A stretch of 64,000 bases of DNA from Paramoeba atlantica. Lineage: Eukaryota; Protista; Discosea. Where the stretch lies: NCBI GenBank assembly GCA_977017575.1, contig CDRNVI010000023.1:310001-374000 (forward strand). Direction: 5' to 3'. Under the pieces are notes generated by a model, which had not been told where the DNA came from, ran no database searches, and worked only from the letters and a program-made list of their open reading frames with translations. Position 1 is the first letter of the stretch, and every line of letters begins with the position of its first letter. The position numbers and the translations under genes are program-made. Shown in pieces: positions 23,835 through 35,081 of this stretch.

Positions 23835-24659
23835 ATGGATCTTCTACCTGACGACACTGTGTTTCTCGAAGACAAGTATGCTAGCTCTTCTTCACCCAGT
23901 TATGACCGTTTACGCAAGTGGGTAGGCCACAAGTTGCGCGAAACTATGATTGTTCCTTTAACACGAAAAGAAATTGTAAACTTAAAATTTGCTGGCCTTT
24001 CTGATATAGAAAAGAACAGGATCAAGTACGCAGACACACATCTTCCTGCGCCGGAAATAATGGAACGCATGGAGGAGAACATATTGGATAATTGCGCTGA
24101 GTGGTTGTTGAATCGTCGTCAGCAGCTTCTAAACGGATCAGAAACCTGCTCAAAGACGCTTTTTGAAGTGTCAATCGATGAGACTATCCTGCTTGAGGCA
24201 TTGGTCATGAAGGCCCGGGACACGGGACTCATGTTCTACAAAGATGCCATGAAATCTGAACTTCATGGCGTCAAGGAGCATGAGATGGACAATTTTTGGC
24301 GATGGAATAGTCCGGAGGAGAAATGGAAACTTGTTATACAAGATTTGCCTGTGGAATCGTTGGCTAAGGATATGAGTGACTTCCTTGGGAAGTACTATGG
24401 TGGGAAATATGAGCATTCTCCTCGCTCCTTAGAAGCTATGGCAGAATGGTTTCGCACTATGCGGCGAAGTTTGCGTGGGGACACGGTGGAAGCGAGCAAG
24501 AAGCACCGCGACCGTCACGGAGACCTTAAGCAGGTCGTTTGTGGAACGCAAGTGGAGACAAAAAAGGCTGCTGACGAAATTATAGTTCTACATCAGCAAG
24601 TACATGACCTCGAAAGCAAAGTGAAGAAGTTGAAAGCATACAAACGTTCGCGTCATTGA
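23835..24659 (+). CDS. Hypothetical protein with a C-terminal coiled coil
   Basis: 274-aa ORF on the host strand. It has no recognisable domain and ends in LHQQVHDLESKVKKLK. Confidence 0.55.
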   Translation: MDLLPDDTVFLEDKYASSSSPSYDRLRKWVGHKLRETMIVPLTRKEIVNLKFAGLSDIEKNRIKYADTHLPAPEIMERMEENILDNCAEWLLNRRQQLLNGSETCSKTLFEVSIDETILLEALVMKARDTGLMFYKDAMKSELHGVKEHEMDNFWRWNSPEEKWKLVIQDLPVESLAKDMSDFLGKYYGGKYEHSPRSLEAMAEWFRTMRRSLRGDTVEASKKHRDRHGDLKQVVCGTQVETKKAADEIIVLHQQVHDLESKVKKLKAYKRSRH

Positions 24660-24765
24660 GTGTCATTCACCTCAATTTAAGCTATGAGCAGGCTGCGGCC
24701 GTCCTACTTCCCTATCTCGGTAAATTGAAACTACAGGAAAGAAATTATTGACTATCTGCGAAGTC

Positions 24766-24850
24766 CAAGGTCGGGACTGTCCCTCTTGTCGATGAAGCAG
24801 GGGACGCACCTTCACCCCTCCCCGGCTCGCTCCCCCGGAGTGAGTTTTCT
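24766..24850 (+). repeat. Core fragment of the SL-associated element family
   Basis: AAGGTCGGGACTGTCCCTCTTGTCGATGAAGCAGGGGACGCAC matches 37477-37510 and 58982-59025. Confidence 0.7.
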
Positions 24851-25582
24851 TCCCCCTCGGCTTAATAAAAGCGCGCGTACCTCTTCGAACGACCTAGGCA
24901 TCACGTTAGTGAGGTAGCGACAAAAGGAAAGCAACATTTCAAAAACTCAAGAAACACTCAGACCATATGGACAGGTGTCGAAAAATTCTCCAAGTATTTT
25001 CGCCCGTTGAAACAGCTTCGCTTCAGCGGGTGCGGCCGGGTGCGCCAAGTAATCGTAATTTCGCCGGTCCACCCCTCTAATTACAATTTTAGTTAATAAA
25101 GCTGTATCCGTTTCTCCACTTCTTTTTTTTTTGCTGTCTAATATCTCAACTTGCTTTCCTTTCTCATCTTAGTTGTACTCGTCTTACTTGCACTTCTTTC
25201 CCGTGCTTCTCACGCCTACCTCTTCAATCTATGAAATTACCCGAGTCTGCTGATCAGTGAACTATTTTGTAGTCTTTTCTTGTAACGAAACCTATCTTGT
25301 GCTTTTCTTAAAAACAAAAAAAAATTACAAACTAATTGCCGCAGCAAAATTATAATATTAAACATGCCCACTCTCAGTCTTCCTTAAAATCCAAGCACTG
25401 AAGACGTTTTTCAGAACAACACTAGTCCTGACAACAAGAAGCCATAAGGCCTAGTAACTTAGCCCACCAAAAATAATAGTAACTATAAGAAATAATGATA
25501 CTAACACTTTATTCGCGATGTATGAAAAAAAGGAGATTTAGGTTTGTAATTCAAAAGGAATATACGGAAGTCTATCTTGAAT

Positions 25583-26280
25583 TGCGGTGGTTGTAAAATT
25601 ACCGCTCTACACTCGATTATTGAAAACAAAGTGAACAAAAACAGTGAAAATATAAAGAGGAACACAGTAATATAATAGAAGAAAAAATATAAAGGGGGGC
25701 CCCGGTGGTCCAAAACTGAAAAAAAGCATCAAAAAAATGGGGGGTCCACGGGGGGGGCATACGTCGCGAAATTTTTTTTCGAATTTTTTGCTTTGCAAAA
25801 TCGAGCGCAGGGAAGTGGTAGAGTAGGCCGCGGCGATAATTTTCCACCCCCCCTGCGGGTACCCCCCCTGGTACGCGCAGGAGGGGTCCGACAAGGTCAA
25901 AATTTCCGAAATTTTTAGGGTGACCAAAAAAAAAAATTTGACGCAAAAAAAAGGAAAAATATTATTTTTCCACAATCGACTCCTAAATCGTATTTTAAGA
26001 GTTTGGGACCTCAGCTACTAATCTACGGCGTTTTTTGCGACAGATTCGACTCCTGCCCCTACTGGGAAGGCATCCAAAACGGCCCAAATTCGGTGTAAAA
26101 TTTCGCAATTTTTGCCGAAAAATCGAGCTTTTACTCCCAAAAAAGTAGATTATTCATCATCTTTTTGCGATTTTCTTTTTTAGGCTCTTCGTTAAACGCG
26201 GTGGTAGTTTTCAACGCGAAGCGCGCAGCATGAGTGACTTCTAAGTTGAAAACAACCACCGCGTTTAACGAAGAGCCTAA
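25583..26280 (+). mobile_element. Full-length hairpin-ended (HINE-like) element, type-2 body
   Basis: Starts TGCGGTGGTTGTAAAATTACCGC and ends with the 101-bp hairpin at 26180-26280. Confidence 0.85.
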
Positions 26281-26300
26281 TAATGTCTTATCAGAAACAT

Positions 26301-27409
26301 TTATTGCTTTTTATCTGCAGATCGGTCTTTTGCGTCGATTGAGGGACAATCCGATTTGTGATGACCTGCACCGCCACAACCGTAACACAGAAACGGACGA
26401 CCACGTTCTTCAAAGCCGCGCGACCAAGTGCGCCGCGGAACATTGTCTGCAAAGCATTGAACTTCTTGTTTCTGCTGCTGTGGAAGCGTTGTCATGGGAC
26501 GGAGAGAATATGCTTCACTCACTGGTTCCCAACCCTTTATCATAAAGGAGCCCTTTATCGTACGTGCGCTTTCTTCAAAGCGCAACTTGAGGTCTAAGAG
26601 GTGATGTAGATGTTGTTGTTGCAGTCGACGAGCTTGTAGCTGCCACTTATACTCCAATTTTATGGATGTTGTTTGTTGCTTATGCCGAGCGATTGCTTCT
26701 TTAAGCGTCGAGTCGGCTGAACTTGTTTTCTGAGGAAGGATATTATTCTTGAGATCTCGTCAAATGTTTTTGGGGAATTACCCGTTGCGTTCGAGATTTC
26801 TTGCTTATCCCTCCCTGTAAGTATCTTGGAATAGGTTGGACGCATTCGGTCAACGGCCGCAAATTTCGTAAAAAGGCTGGAAGCATGGACCCGAAAGGGA
26901 CCAGTCCAAATACTAGGGGGCTTTGGACGAAGGGCAGCTCGTTTGCTAGTTGCACATTCTCCTTTTAGGAAGTCCTTGTGTGGGGTTGTATGCGGTGATT
27001 TCGCGTTTTTAGACCCTGTAACCGGGAAAGGGCTCCTTATGCTCGCAGGGCCCGCCTTATCTCGCTGGGCATCACGGTTACTGGATTTCCTTGACCAAGA
27101 CTTCTCCCTGGCTTCTTGATTGTTTCCTGATTTATCATGTAGTGGAAGCTTCTCGCTCGGCTTTGCACCCTTCTGGAGAACGCGGATACGATGCTCTCCT
27201 GGGCAATACCGCCCTGTCCTTTCGCTGTCTTTAAACGTAGAAACAAATGACGCCAATGGCTTGAAAAGTTCTGCGTTACTCATCCCTACATTCGAATCAC
27301 GGTTCATTACGGTATAGCACCGCTCGCACTGCTTGTGGAAGCTTTTACTAGGTCGAAAACGACGTCCGCAATCACGACAATTCCACTTGGGAATTCCCCA
27401 AGCGGACAT
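26301..27409 (-). pseudogene. Gag-like ORF with a CCHC zinc knuckle, frameshifted near 26658
   Basis: CYGCGGAGHHKSDC fits CX2CX4HX4C. There is an N-terminal CRDC-x13-CERC and a basic low-complexity middle. Confidence 0.55.
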
Positions 27410-27423
27410 TTAATAGGAATTTC

Positions 27424-27965
27424 AGTGGTTGTAAAACTGCCGCTCTACCCTCAATTATTAAAAAAAAAAGTGAACAAAAACAGTGAAAATATAAAGGGGA
27501 ACACAGTAATATAATAGAAGAAAAAAATATAAAAGGGGGCTCCGATGGTCCAAAATTGAAAAAATTGAAAAAAATGGGGGGTCCAGGGGGGGGGTCATGG
27601 TCGAGCAATTTTTTTCGAAAAAATTAGTTTTCGAAAAAAAAACCGCAGAAAGGGTAGCCGGGGTCTTGGCGCACATTTTCCACCCCCCTACCCGGGGGTG
27701 ACCCCCCGCGTATCCGCAGGACGGGTCCGCCAAGTTCGGATTTTTTCGGAAATGTCGGATTTAGTGCTCTGACAGCAAAAATACGCGAAAATCACCCCAT
27801 TTTTACCCGAAATTCGGCTATTTTTGGCTATAATCTTTCCGTTTTCCAGGCTAAATTTTCTTTTTTAGGCTCTTCGTTAAACGCGGCGGTAGTTTTCAAC
27901 GCGAAGCGCGCAGCATGAGTGACTTCTAAGTTGAAAACAACCACCGCGTTTAACAAAGAGCCTAA
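27424..27965 (+). mobile_element. Hairpin-ended element, type-1 body, internally deleted
   Basis: Degenerate 5' small hairpin at 27424 and the large hairpin at 27865-27965. Confidence 0.85.
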
Positions 27966-28504
27966 AAAAGAAATATAAAATTATGTAACACAACAAATAG
28001 TCAACAATTTATATACATTGTATATGTACATTGTATATAAATTATAGTGCTTAGAACGACTTTTAATGGAAATTTGGTCGAAGGGAACATTTGTTTTGAA
28101 AACGCGTATTTTTGGGTACAGTTTGAGTGCAGGTGACCCAAAGATTTTTTTTCTACATATTTTCTATTTCTTGTCAACGTTCAACGTCAAAATCAACGCG
28201 AAAATGAGAATAGAAATAAAACAAATCCTTTCAATGTTCAATTACGAGTTATGAGAATAGTGACGACCACTGTAAAGTGGAACACTGTACTCCGCCTTTC
28301 ATGTCCACCCACATGTCGTATACTCCCCCTTTCATAATTCTTTATAAGTGCGAGCCCAAGATGATTCATCGTTTTATATAAATTTATATAAAACTTGAAG
28401 GCGATTGCAAAACACTAAAAGAGCAGGATAAAAAACGGAGCCCGCGTATTTCTCATCCTTGATGGATCGATTCGCGTATCAAGAATATACATTTTAATAT
28501 CATG

Positions 28505-29190
28505 GTTGAGCAATTTTTTTTTTTTTAAAATTGGTTTTCGAAAAAAAACCGCAGAAAGGGTAGCCGGGGTCTTGGCGCGTATTTTCCACCCCCCTACCCG
28601 GGGGTGACCCCCCCGCATATCCGCAGGACGGGTCCGCCAAGTTTGGATTTTTTCGGAAAATTCTTTTTGCAAAAAAATTCAACTTGGCGAAAAAAATGGT
28701 AAAAAAAGCATATTTTCCCAAAATCGTTTCACCTATTGTATTTTGAGAGTTTGGGACCTATACTAGCTTTCTACGCCGTTGTTTCGCAAGATATCACTTC
28801 TTGGAGGCGTGGTACGCCTCCCAAAATGGCCCGTTTTTGACCACCAAATGCGAAAAAAGTAATTTTCGAACCCAAAGGGGTCTTTTCGTGTGGTAACAAT
28901 GGTGTGGTTGGATTCGCATTATCTACCCATTACGTTCCGTAGCCTTGAATGCATGCCTACGAGGGATTTCCCGCACACTAATGTCGAATTCAGTGCTCGA
29001 TACGATAATATGGCCCTATTTTTTCCTAAAAATTGGTTATTTTTGACTCAAATCCTTCCGGTTTCTTCGGCTTTCCTGGCCAATTTTTTTTAGGTTCTTC
29101 GTTCAACGCGTTGGTAGTTTTCAACGCGAAGCGCGCAGCATGAGTGAATCCTAAGTTGAAAACAACCACCGCGTTTAACGAAGAACCTAA
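28505..29190 (+). mobile_element. 5'-truncated hairpin-ended element, type-1 body
   Basis: The body matches 60340-60900, with the large hairpin at 29090-29190. Confidence 0.85.
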
Positions 29191-29276
29191 TATAATTAAA
29201 CATTCAATAATATTAGTCGGCAGTATATCTTAACAATTTCAACAGTCACCTCACAGATTTCTATGAATTATTATTC

Positions 29277-29897
29277 ATGCTTCTGCTTCTTGCACTTCAC
29301 ACATCGGATACACAATCGACACATGCTGTACATCGAGGAAAGGTTACCGGAGCTTCACTACCAGTGGAATTTGATTTAATGCGACTCACACAGAATGTTG
29401 AGAATCCCGACACTACATGGAGTACGAATACAACAGCGTGCATGTGGCGGGGGATAGCGTGCAATACGGCTGATGAGGTGATCACTATTGACTGGATAAA
29501 CTTCAAGCTCCGCGGTGAGCTTCACCTGAAATATTTTCCCGTGACTTTGAAGAGGCTCTATATCCATCATAATATTTTTTCAGGAGATTTTTCCTTCGAA
29601 ATATCACCTCCAGTACTCGTATCTATGATAATAGCGGGTAACAATTTCAACGGCACTCCAAATTTTTGTAGCCTGCCTCCTATGCTAGAATATCTTTCGA
29701 TGAGTAATAATAAATTTGAAGGTCGCGTTGATTTTTCTTCCCTTCCTTTAACCTTGAATGAAATGTATCTGAACTCTAATCTGAAGTTGCAGGGAACTTT
29801 GGATGTTAGCGGAGTATTGAAGAATTTGTATTACAATGTTCAAGCGACACAAATTAAGGTCAGTAGTGGAAACCTTTATCGCTTTAAATGGTCGTAG
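29277..29897 (+). CDS. Leucine-rich repeat protein (LRR-5)
   Basis: Close paralogue of LRR-4 (GKVTGASLPVEFDL...ACMWRGIAC). Confidence 0.9.
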   Translation: MLLLLALHTSDTQSTHAVHRGKVTGASLPVEFDLMRLTQNVENPDTTWSTNTTACMWRGIACNTADEVITIDWINFKLRGELHLKYFPVTLKRLYIHHNIFSGDFSFEISPPVLVSMIIAGNNFNGTPNFCSLPPMLEYLSMSNNKFEGRVDFSSLPLTLNEMYLNSNLKLQGTLDVSGVLKNLYYNVQATQIKVSSGNLYRFKWS

Positions 29898-30114
29898 TCG
29901 GGTTATATTGCACCCTCAGCCTAGTATTTCACTCCTTAGAGCTTTTGTGAACTTTTAACATAAAATCCGGATTCTTGTTAAATAAGAACAAAAGATGTTT
30001 GCTATCCTTCGTAAAATCTTTCCTAGTACGAAAGTTCTCTTTTCTTTAGAAAAGAACTTTTTTTTACTTAAAAGGAACTTTCCTAAAGGGGGGTCTCGTC
30101 TATTATTAACAATT

Positions 30115-30670
30115 TTAGGCTCTTCGTTAAACGCGGTGGTCGTTTTCAACTTAGAAGTCACTCATGCTGCGCGCTTCGCGTTGAAAACTACCACCGCGTT
30201 TAACGAAGAACCTAAAAAATAAAAATCGCCAAAAGATCATCAACAATCTATTATTTCGAGTGAAAAAGCTCTTTTTTCGGCGAAGATTGCGAAATTTTAC
30301 ACCGAATTTGGGCCGCTTTGGATGCCTTACCAGTAGGGGTAGAATGCGAATCTGTCGAAAGAAACGTCGTAGAATGGTAGCTGAGGTCCCAAACTCTCAA
30401 AATACGTTTTAGGGGTTGATTTTGGAAAAATATTGTTTTTACTTTTTTGGGATCGAATTTTTTTTTTTGGTCATTCCAAAAATTTCGGAAAATTTGACCT
30501 TGTCGGACCCCCCTGCGCGTACCAGGGGGGGTCACCCCCAAATATGGGGGTGGAAAATCATCGCCTCGGCCTACTCTACCACTTCCCTGCGCTCGATTTC
30601 GAAAATCAGGATTCTGAAAATTTCAAAAAACGACGTACATATACCCCCCCTGGACCCCCCTTTTTTTTGA
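30115..30670 (-). mobile_element. Truncated hairpin-ended element, type-2 body, reverse orientation
   Basis: Large hairpin at 30115-30215, followed by the reverse complement of the 25730-26180 body. Confidence 0.85.
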
Positions 30671-31123
30671 ATACTTTTTTATTAGAACGATTATCTATTT
30701 GAAGCGCTTATTTGTGAAATTGTGATGGCAAGTATCTAAGATAACAACTTTTACTCCCCTCCAAGTTCACCAGTTTCACATCCATAAGTAATTATAATTA
30801 TAAATTCAAAAAAATTATAATTTATACTTATAATTACTTATGGAGGGGGGAGTAGGTACGCCGGCCCCTCACGCACGACCTACCCAGACCAAGCAAAATC
30901 TTCATCACAGGTTTAGTGTTTCCACGCGACGCTAAGATAAGCTCCGACTCGAACGAACTTACAAAGCGCCCGCACCGCCCCTCTCTATAATTCTCTATAA
31001 TTTCAATAAGGTATCTTCTCACCTTTATACTCAATAACCATTCTCAGTCGCTTTTGAAATGACGCGTGGAGTTTGGCGCACTTCGTCCGACGCGAAGTAA
31101 GCATTACATGATTCAATAATTTC

Positions 31124-31561
31124 TTACCTAGTTCGTGGCCGCTTCTTATTTTTGAAGCGCTTTACTACGTCCCAAAGATTCTCTATCGGGTTGAGATCAG
31201 GGGAGTCCGCTGGCCAACGAAGAAAAGGTCCATCTTCCTCTGCTTGCAGTAAGCGTAGCACGGTAAGATCCCCGCGAGCTTCCCACCACTGCATCGTATC
31301 CTTCGCTCGATGCCCAGGGGCTCCATCATCCACAGGAACAGAATTACGGTCTTGGGCCCATGGCGAATAGGTTTTGTCTAATATTTCCTTGCGGTAATAC
31401 AAACTTCCCAAGCCCTTGTTCGGTGGAATGGCTTCTGTTCCTCCTGATGCAATGTAGGAACAATAAAATTCTTCGAACGCGCACCAATGGTACGTGTAAT
31501 TTCCGAATCTATCAAAAGCTCCCCACACCATAACTTGCGTTGGGTGATGAGTGCGATCCAT
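31124..31561 (-). pseudogene. Tc1/IS630 (DDE_3-like) transposase C-terminal remnant
   Basis: VMVWGAF, DDGAPGHRA and WPADSPDLNPIENLW. Confidence 0.85.
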
Positions 31562-31662
31562 AAAGACGGGAGCGTCAGGGTGCTGCCATGCCTCTTGGTC
31601 TTTTTAGGACTCCCGCGCTTCACAGTTTTTTTCTCACTCGTTTCACTAGCGTTTGAAAAAAT

Positions 31663-32202
31663 TTACTGTTTTTGAATTTTTCCGAGGACTTCCAACAAAT
31701 GCTTTTCATGTAGTGCCTTGGAAGCGCACTCTGCTTCTATGAGCCTATTTCGCTCTTCTAATTTCTTTTTAGTGTTGGCTGAAATGACGTTCTCTTCTCG
31801 CAAAGTTGCTAGGTTCTCTAGCGCAATAGCAAAATTTTTGCAGTTTTTTTCTATCTTCGTTTCAAGACGTTTGATTTTGCTTGACAAACGTCGAATTTTT
31901 TTCACATCTGCATATTTTCTTTGCGTGTTATGTTGCGGAGCCTTGTGAACGTCAAGCGACCCTCTTGCCACTGAAGCAGGGATTGGATCGATACTGTCCC
32001 CCCCCACGCGGGTTCCGATTGAAGTTGTGATAATCGGTTTATCGTAGTCGGACAGCTCACCGACAGCAATCAGACCGGTGATTTCCTTTTCTACGCGGGT
32101 TGCAACTGATGTTGTAATTCTCGGGGTGTCGTACAGCCCGCAGTCAGAAACCTCATTCTGTGTGACCTGTGGGGCATCATACCCGTCTGCATCAAGACAC
32201 AT
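31663..32202 (-). CDS. Hypothetical antisense ORF with three YDxPx(V/I)T repeats and a coiled coil
   Basis: 179-aa ORF next to the Tc1 remnant. Function unknown. Confidence 0.35.
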   Translation of the reverse strand: MCLDADGYDAPQVTQNEVSDCGLYDTPRITTSVATRVEKEITGLIAVGELSDYDKPIITTSIGTRVGGDSIDPIPASVARGSLDVHKAPQHNTQRKYADVKKIRRLSSKIKRLETKIEKNCKNFAIALENLATLREENVISANTKKKLEERNRLIEAECASKALHEKHLLEVLGKIQKQ

Positions 32203-32960
32203 GAGTTTTCCATTCAGAAGGCGGATTAGACCATCTTCTGGATGATATTATTATTATTGGTCAAATGGCGTACGAAATAAAGTCTTATAAAAAAAATGCG
32301 AAAATCTTGAAAAATACGAAATGTGAGCATAGAAAAATGGATAAAAATCACGCAAATATATTCTAGCTGAGTTAATATGGAGATAATGAACGAAAACGCA
32401 CCTTTCTAAGGTGCACAACGGACGTACATGTCGTATCGCGAAGGAATTAGTTAAAAAGCTCCCACGAGCCGCTCAATCAATTGCGGGCAGTGAATGTGAA
32501 CGGGGTGTATATTCGTTTATGGAAATGTTTTATGATTGTTGTTTGGATAGTAGTATCTCGTATGATGTCATGGAAGAAGAAAAAGCATTTTAGTCTAATT
32601 TATGTTAAGATGTTAAGACATCTCAAACGGGGGGTTCAAATGAGGTGCATCATTCAATCGAAATGCAACGTACTAACTCTATACAAAATACAGTTCTGGA
32701 CAATGTACCGTTACAATCTTTTTGTTTCATGCACAGTGATAATCATACATCTTTTTAGAAGTTTTTGCTAAATATCAACAAACTACATAGTTTATGACAC
32801 CGGTTGCGAGGGGTTTCACGGGGAGTGTCTTTATGTCGTATCGGTCCTTCTTTTGCCTGCCTTAATCATGTCCGAAACTGCTGCTCCACACTCTCAAAAG
32901 GAGCATGTAGTAATCGACGTAGCAATCAGTATTCGGTGTAGTAATCAGTAACCAAAATGT

Positions 32961-33135
32961 TGCGGTGGTTGTATAACTACCGCTCTACCCTCGATTATTG
33001 CAAAAAAAGTGAACAAAAACAGTGAAAATATAGAGGAACACAGTAATATAATAGAAGAAAATAATATAAAAGGGGGCTCCGGTGGTCCAAAATTGAAAAA
33101 AATGGGGGGTCTAGGGGGGGTTCATGGGGGGGGTC
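32961..33135 (+). mobile_element. 5' fragment of the hairpin-ended element
   Basis: TGCGGTGGTTGTATAACTACCGCTCTACCCTCGATTA followed by the family A-rich tract. Confidence 0.85.
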
Positions 33136-33746
33136 TAGTTTTGACATAGGGGAGCTCGCTTCGTATTTCAGAAGATCCTACTGGTGGTCGGTTTTCTTCG
33201 TCCTCTTGGATAAAAGTCAGAAAGCGCGAAGTTGACATGTTCATTTTGCTCGCGAAAAGTGGAAGTTGCGTTCGGAAGAACTTATCATGGTCCTCGGAAG
33301 CCATTACCTGATTTACAGGTTTCCCTCCTTTGGGATGCAGAACATTGGGCGATGGAGGGGGGGGTCTATGAGTACTCACCGAACGTGGAGCCCCTTCGGT
33401 AAATAATTCATTGAACCGACAGTCGACCATAAAAAAATCCTTTTTGCGCCTTTCAAGCCGCGACAGTTGCGTCCTAGTTTACCTGTATGAAGGCAACGCC
33501 CTACTGTGAGCGTTTTTAAGTGTGCGCCGCTGAATTTAATCTCGAAGGCATTGGCGATCGATTCCTTACATGAATAATTTATACCAAACACATCGTAAAA
33601 AGCTAACACATCTTCTTCCGGCTAACCCGATAGCCGAAATGCAGTACATCACGCGATAGTATTGTTATCTTTAATAAATCTTTATATAAATTATACAAAT
33701 TATTTCAACAATTCAGGTTGTTCGCTTCACATTTTCTAAACGTTAC

Positions 33747-34904
33747 ATGTCTCCTCTCCTGCGTCTCAATGTCGGGGGAAAGTTCTTTACCACGCTACGC
33801 AGCACCCTGGAGCGTAGCCCTGTGCTGCTGGACCAACTCGCCCACCTCCCCCGGGACCCGAGCAACCCCTCCGTACCTTTCCTCGACATGGACCCAGCTG
33901 TCTTTCGTTACGTGCTGCACTACTTGCGTACCGGCGACCGTGCCGCGCTTCGTCCTCGAACCCCGCTGTTGGCTTCTGGGATTTACCACACCCTCGCGGC
34001 TTGGGAGATTTTACCGAAATGTATGAAAACAAGCCATGAAAAAACGAGCGAACAGCAGCCCCCGAATCGTCTCGTCGTACATCTCTGCGACCAGTTTCAA
34101 CAAGATGTGGGGGTGAAACGACATGGGATTAGTATTTGCTACGGCTCCCCCGGGTTTGCGGTATCGGCGCTCACCCGGAGGATTCGAAAAGAGCTTCGAT
34201 CACAGCTCGCGAGTACGTACTGGCAGATTCACAAAACCCACGAGCGGGCGGCGTTTTTCCAATGCACGAAGATACCGACCGGAACTGCGGATTTGCTGCT
34301 CACGACGGTGACGCAGCAGGTGATTGAACATACCGAGTCCCAGGGGTACTCGCTGGATAATTCATACGTGACCATGACCCCGGATCCGGGACATTTACAA
34401 ATTCGTCTGATTCTGCATTGTTTGTTGTTTAAACGAGACCGCCCATTGGTACTCGGTGGAGGAAGGGAGGAGATGGAGGACATGAAGGCATCGAGTTTGT
34501 TGGAAACAACGTCAGCACAAGAAGAAGGGGTGGGTGGGGAAGCCAACCCGATTGAGGGGTGGAAATTGGATGATAATAAGGGGACAGAAGAAAACAACAA
34601 AGAATATAGGGCAGGCAGTTCTGAAGCTGCAACGGGCAATGGCGCGCTGCATTCGGATTCCGAAAATATTTATGATGAAAATGGAAATGTCATTCATCCT
34701 GGATCGCTTCCGCTTCCAAGTGGTGCCCCGCAGTCCCCCAAATGGGCGACGCTTGAATCAAAAGACGAAACAAAAGATGTTGTGAAAAAAGAAGGTAGCG
34801 GGATAACGGGTATTGCCCCCACTCTTACTGACGTCGGTCATCAAATTGGGCCCATTCCTCCCAAGATTATGTCCGATCGGTTGGAAGGCATTTGGCCGGA
34901 ATGA
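33747..34904 (+). CDS. BTB/POZ (KCTD, T1-type tetramerisation) domain protein
   Basis: LRLNVGGKFFTTLRSTL...PFLDMDPAVFRYVLHYLRTG is the T1/BTB_2 signature. Confidence 0.9.
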   Translation: MSPLLRLNVGGKFFTTLRSTLERSPVLLDQLAHLPRDPSNPSVPFLDMDPAVFRYVLHYLRTGDRAALRPRTPLLASGIYHTLAAWEILPKCMKTSHEKTSEQQPPNRLVVHLCDQFQQDVGVKRHGISICYGSPGFAVSALTRRIRKELRSQLASTYWQIHKTHERAAFFQCTKIPTGTADLLLTTVTQQVIEHTESQGYSLDNSYVTMTPDPGHLQIRLILHCLLFKRDRPLVLGGGREEMEDMKASSLLETTSAQEEGVGGEANPIEGWKLDDNKGTEENNKEYRAGSSEAATGNGALHSDSENIYDENGNVIHPGSLPLPSGAPQSPKWATLESKDETKDVVKKEGSGITGIAPTLTDVGHQIGPIPPKIMSDRLEGIWPE

Positions 34905-35081
34905 CGTTGCTGTAGTGCTGTGCTGGAATAAACTATGTTGAGATAGTGTGCTTTCAACTTACAGGAAATACAGAACTTAGCATTGTTGTGCCCCCCCCAA
35001 CAGAAAAGAGTTCTCAACGCATTTTTTGACCCTGCTGCAGACCAGGCACGTACGATATTGAGGTAGTCAAAACACTATTTA

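Noticed and set aside
24766-24850. HDV-like ribozyme similar to the ingi/L1Tc 5' signature
   Set aside because: GTCCC and GGGAC are only about 16 nt apart, too close for the nested double pseudoknot, and I see no similarity to the 77-79-nt signature.
26180-26280. Large hairpin as a true integron attC site
   Set aside because: GTTAAAC and GTTTAAC occur in the reverse of attC order, and the stem has one mismatch but no extrahelical bases. The hairpin is always attached to the same element body.
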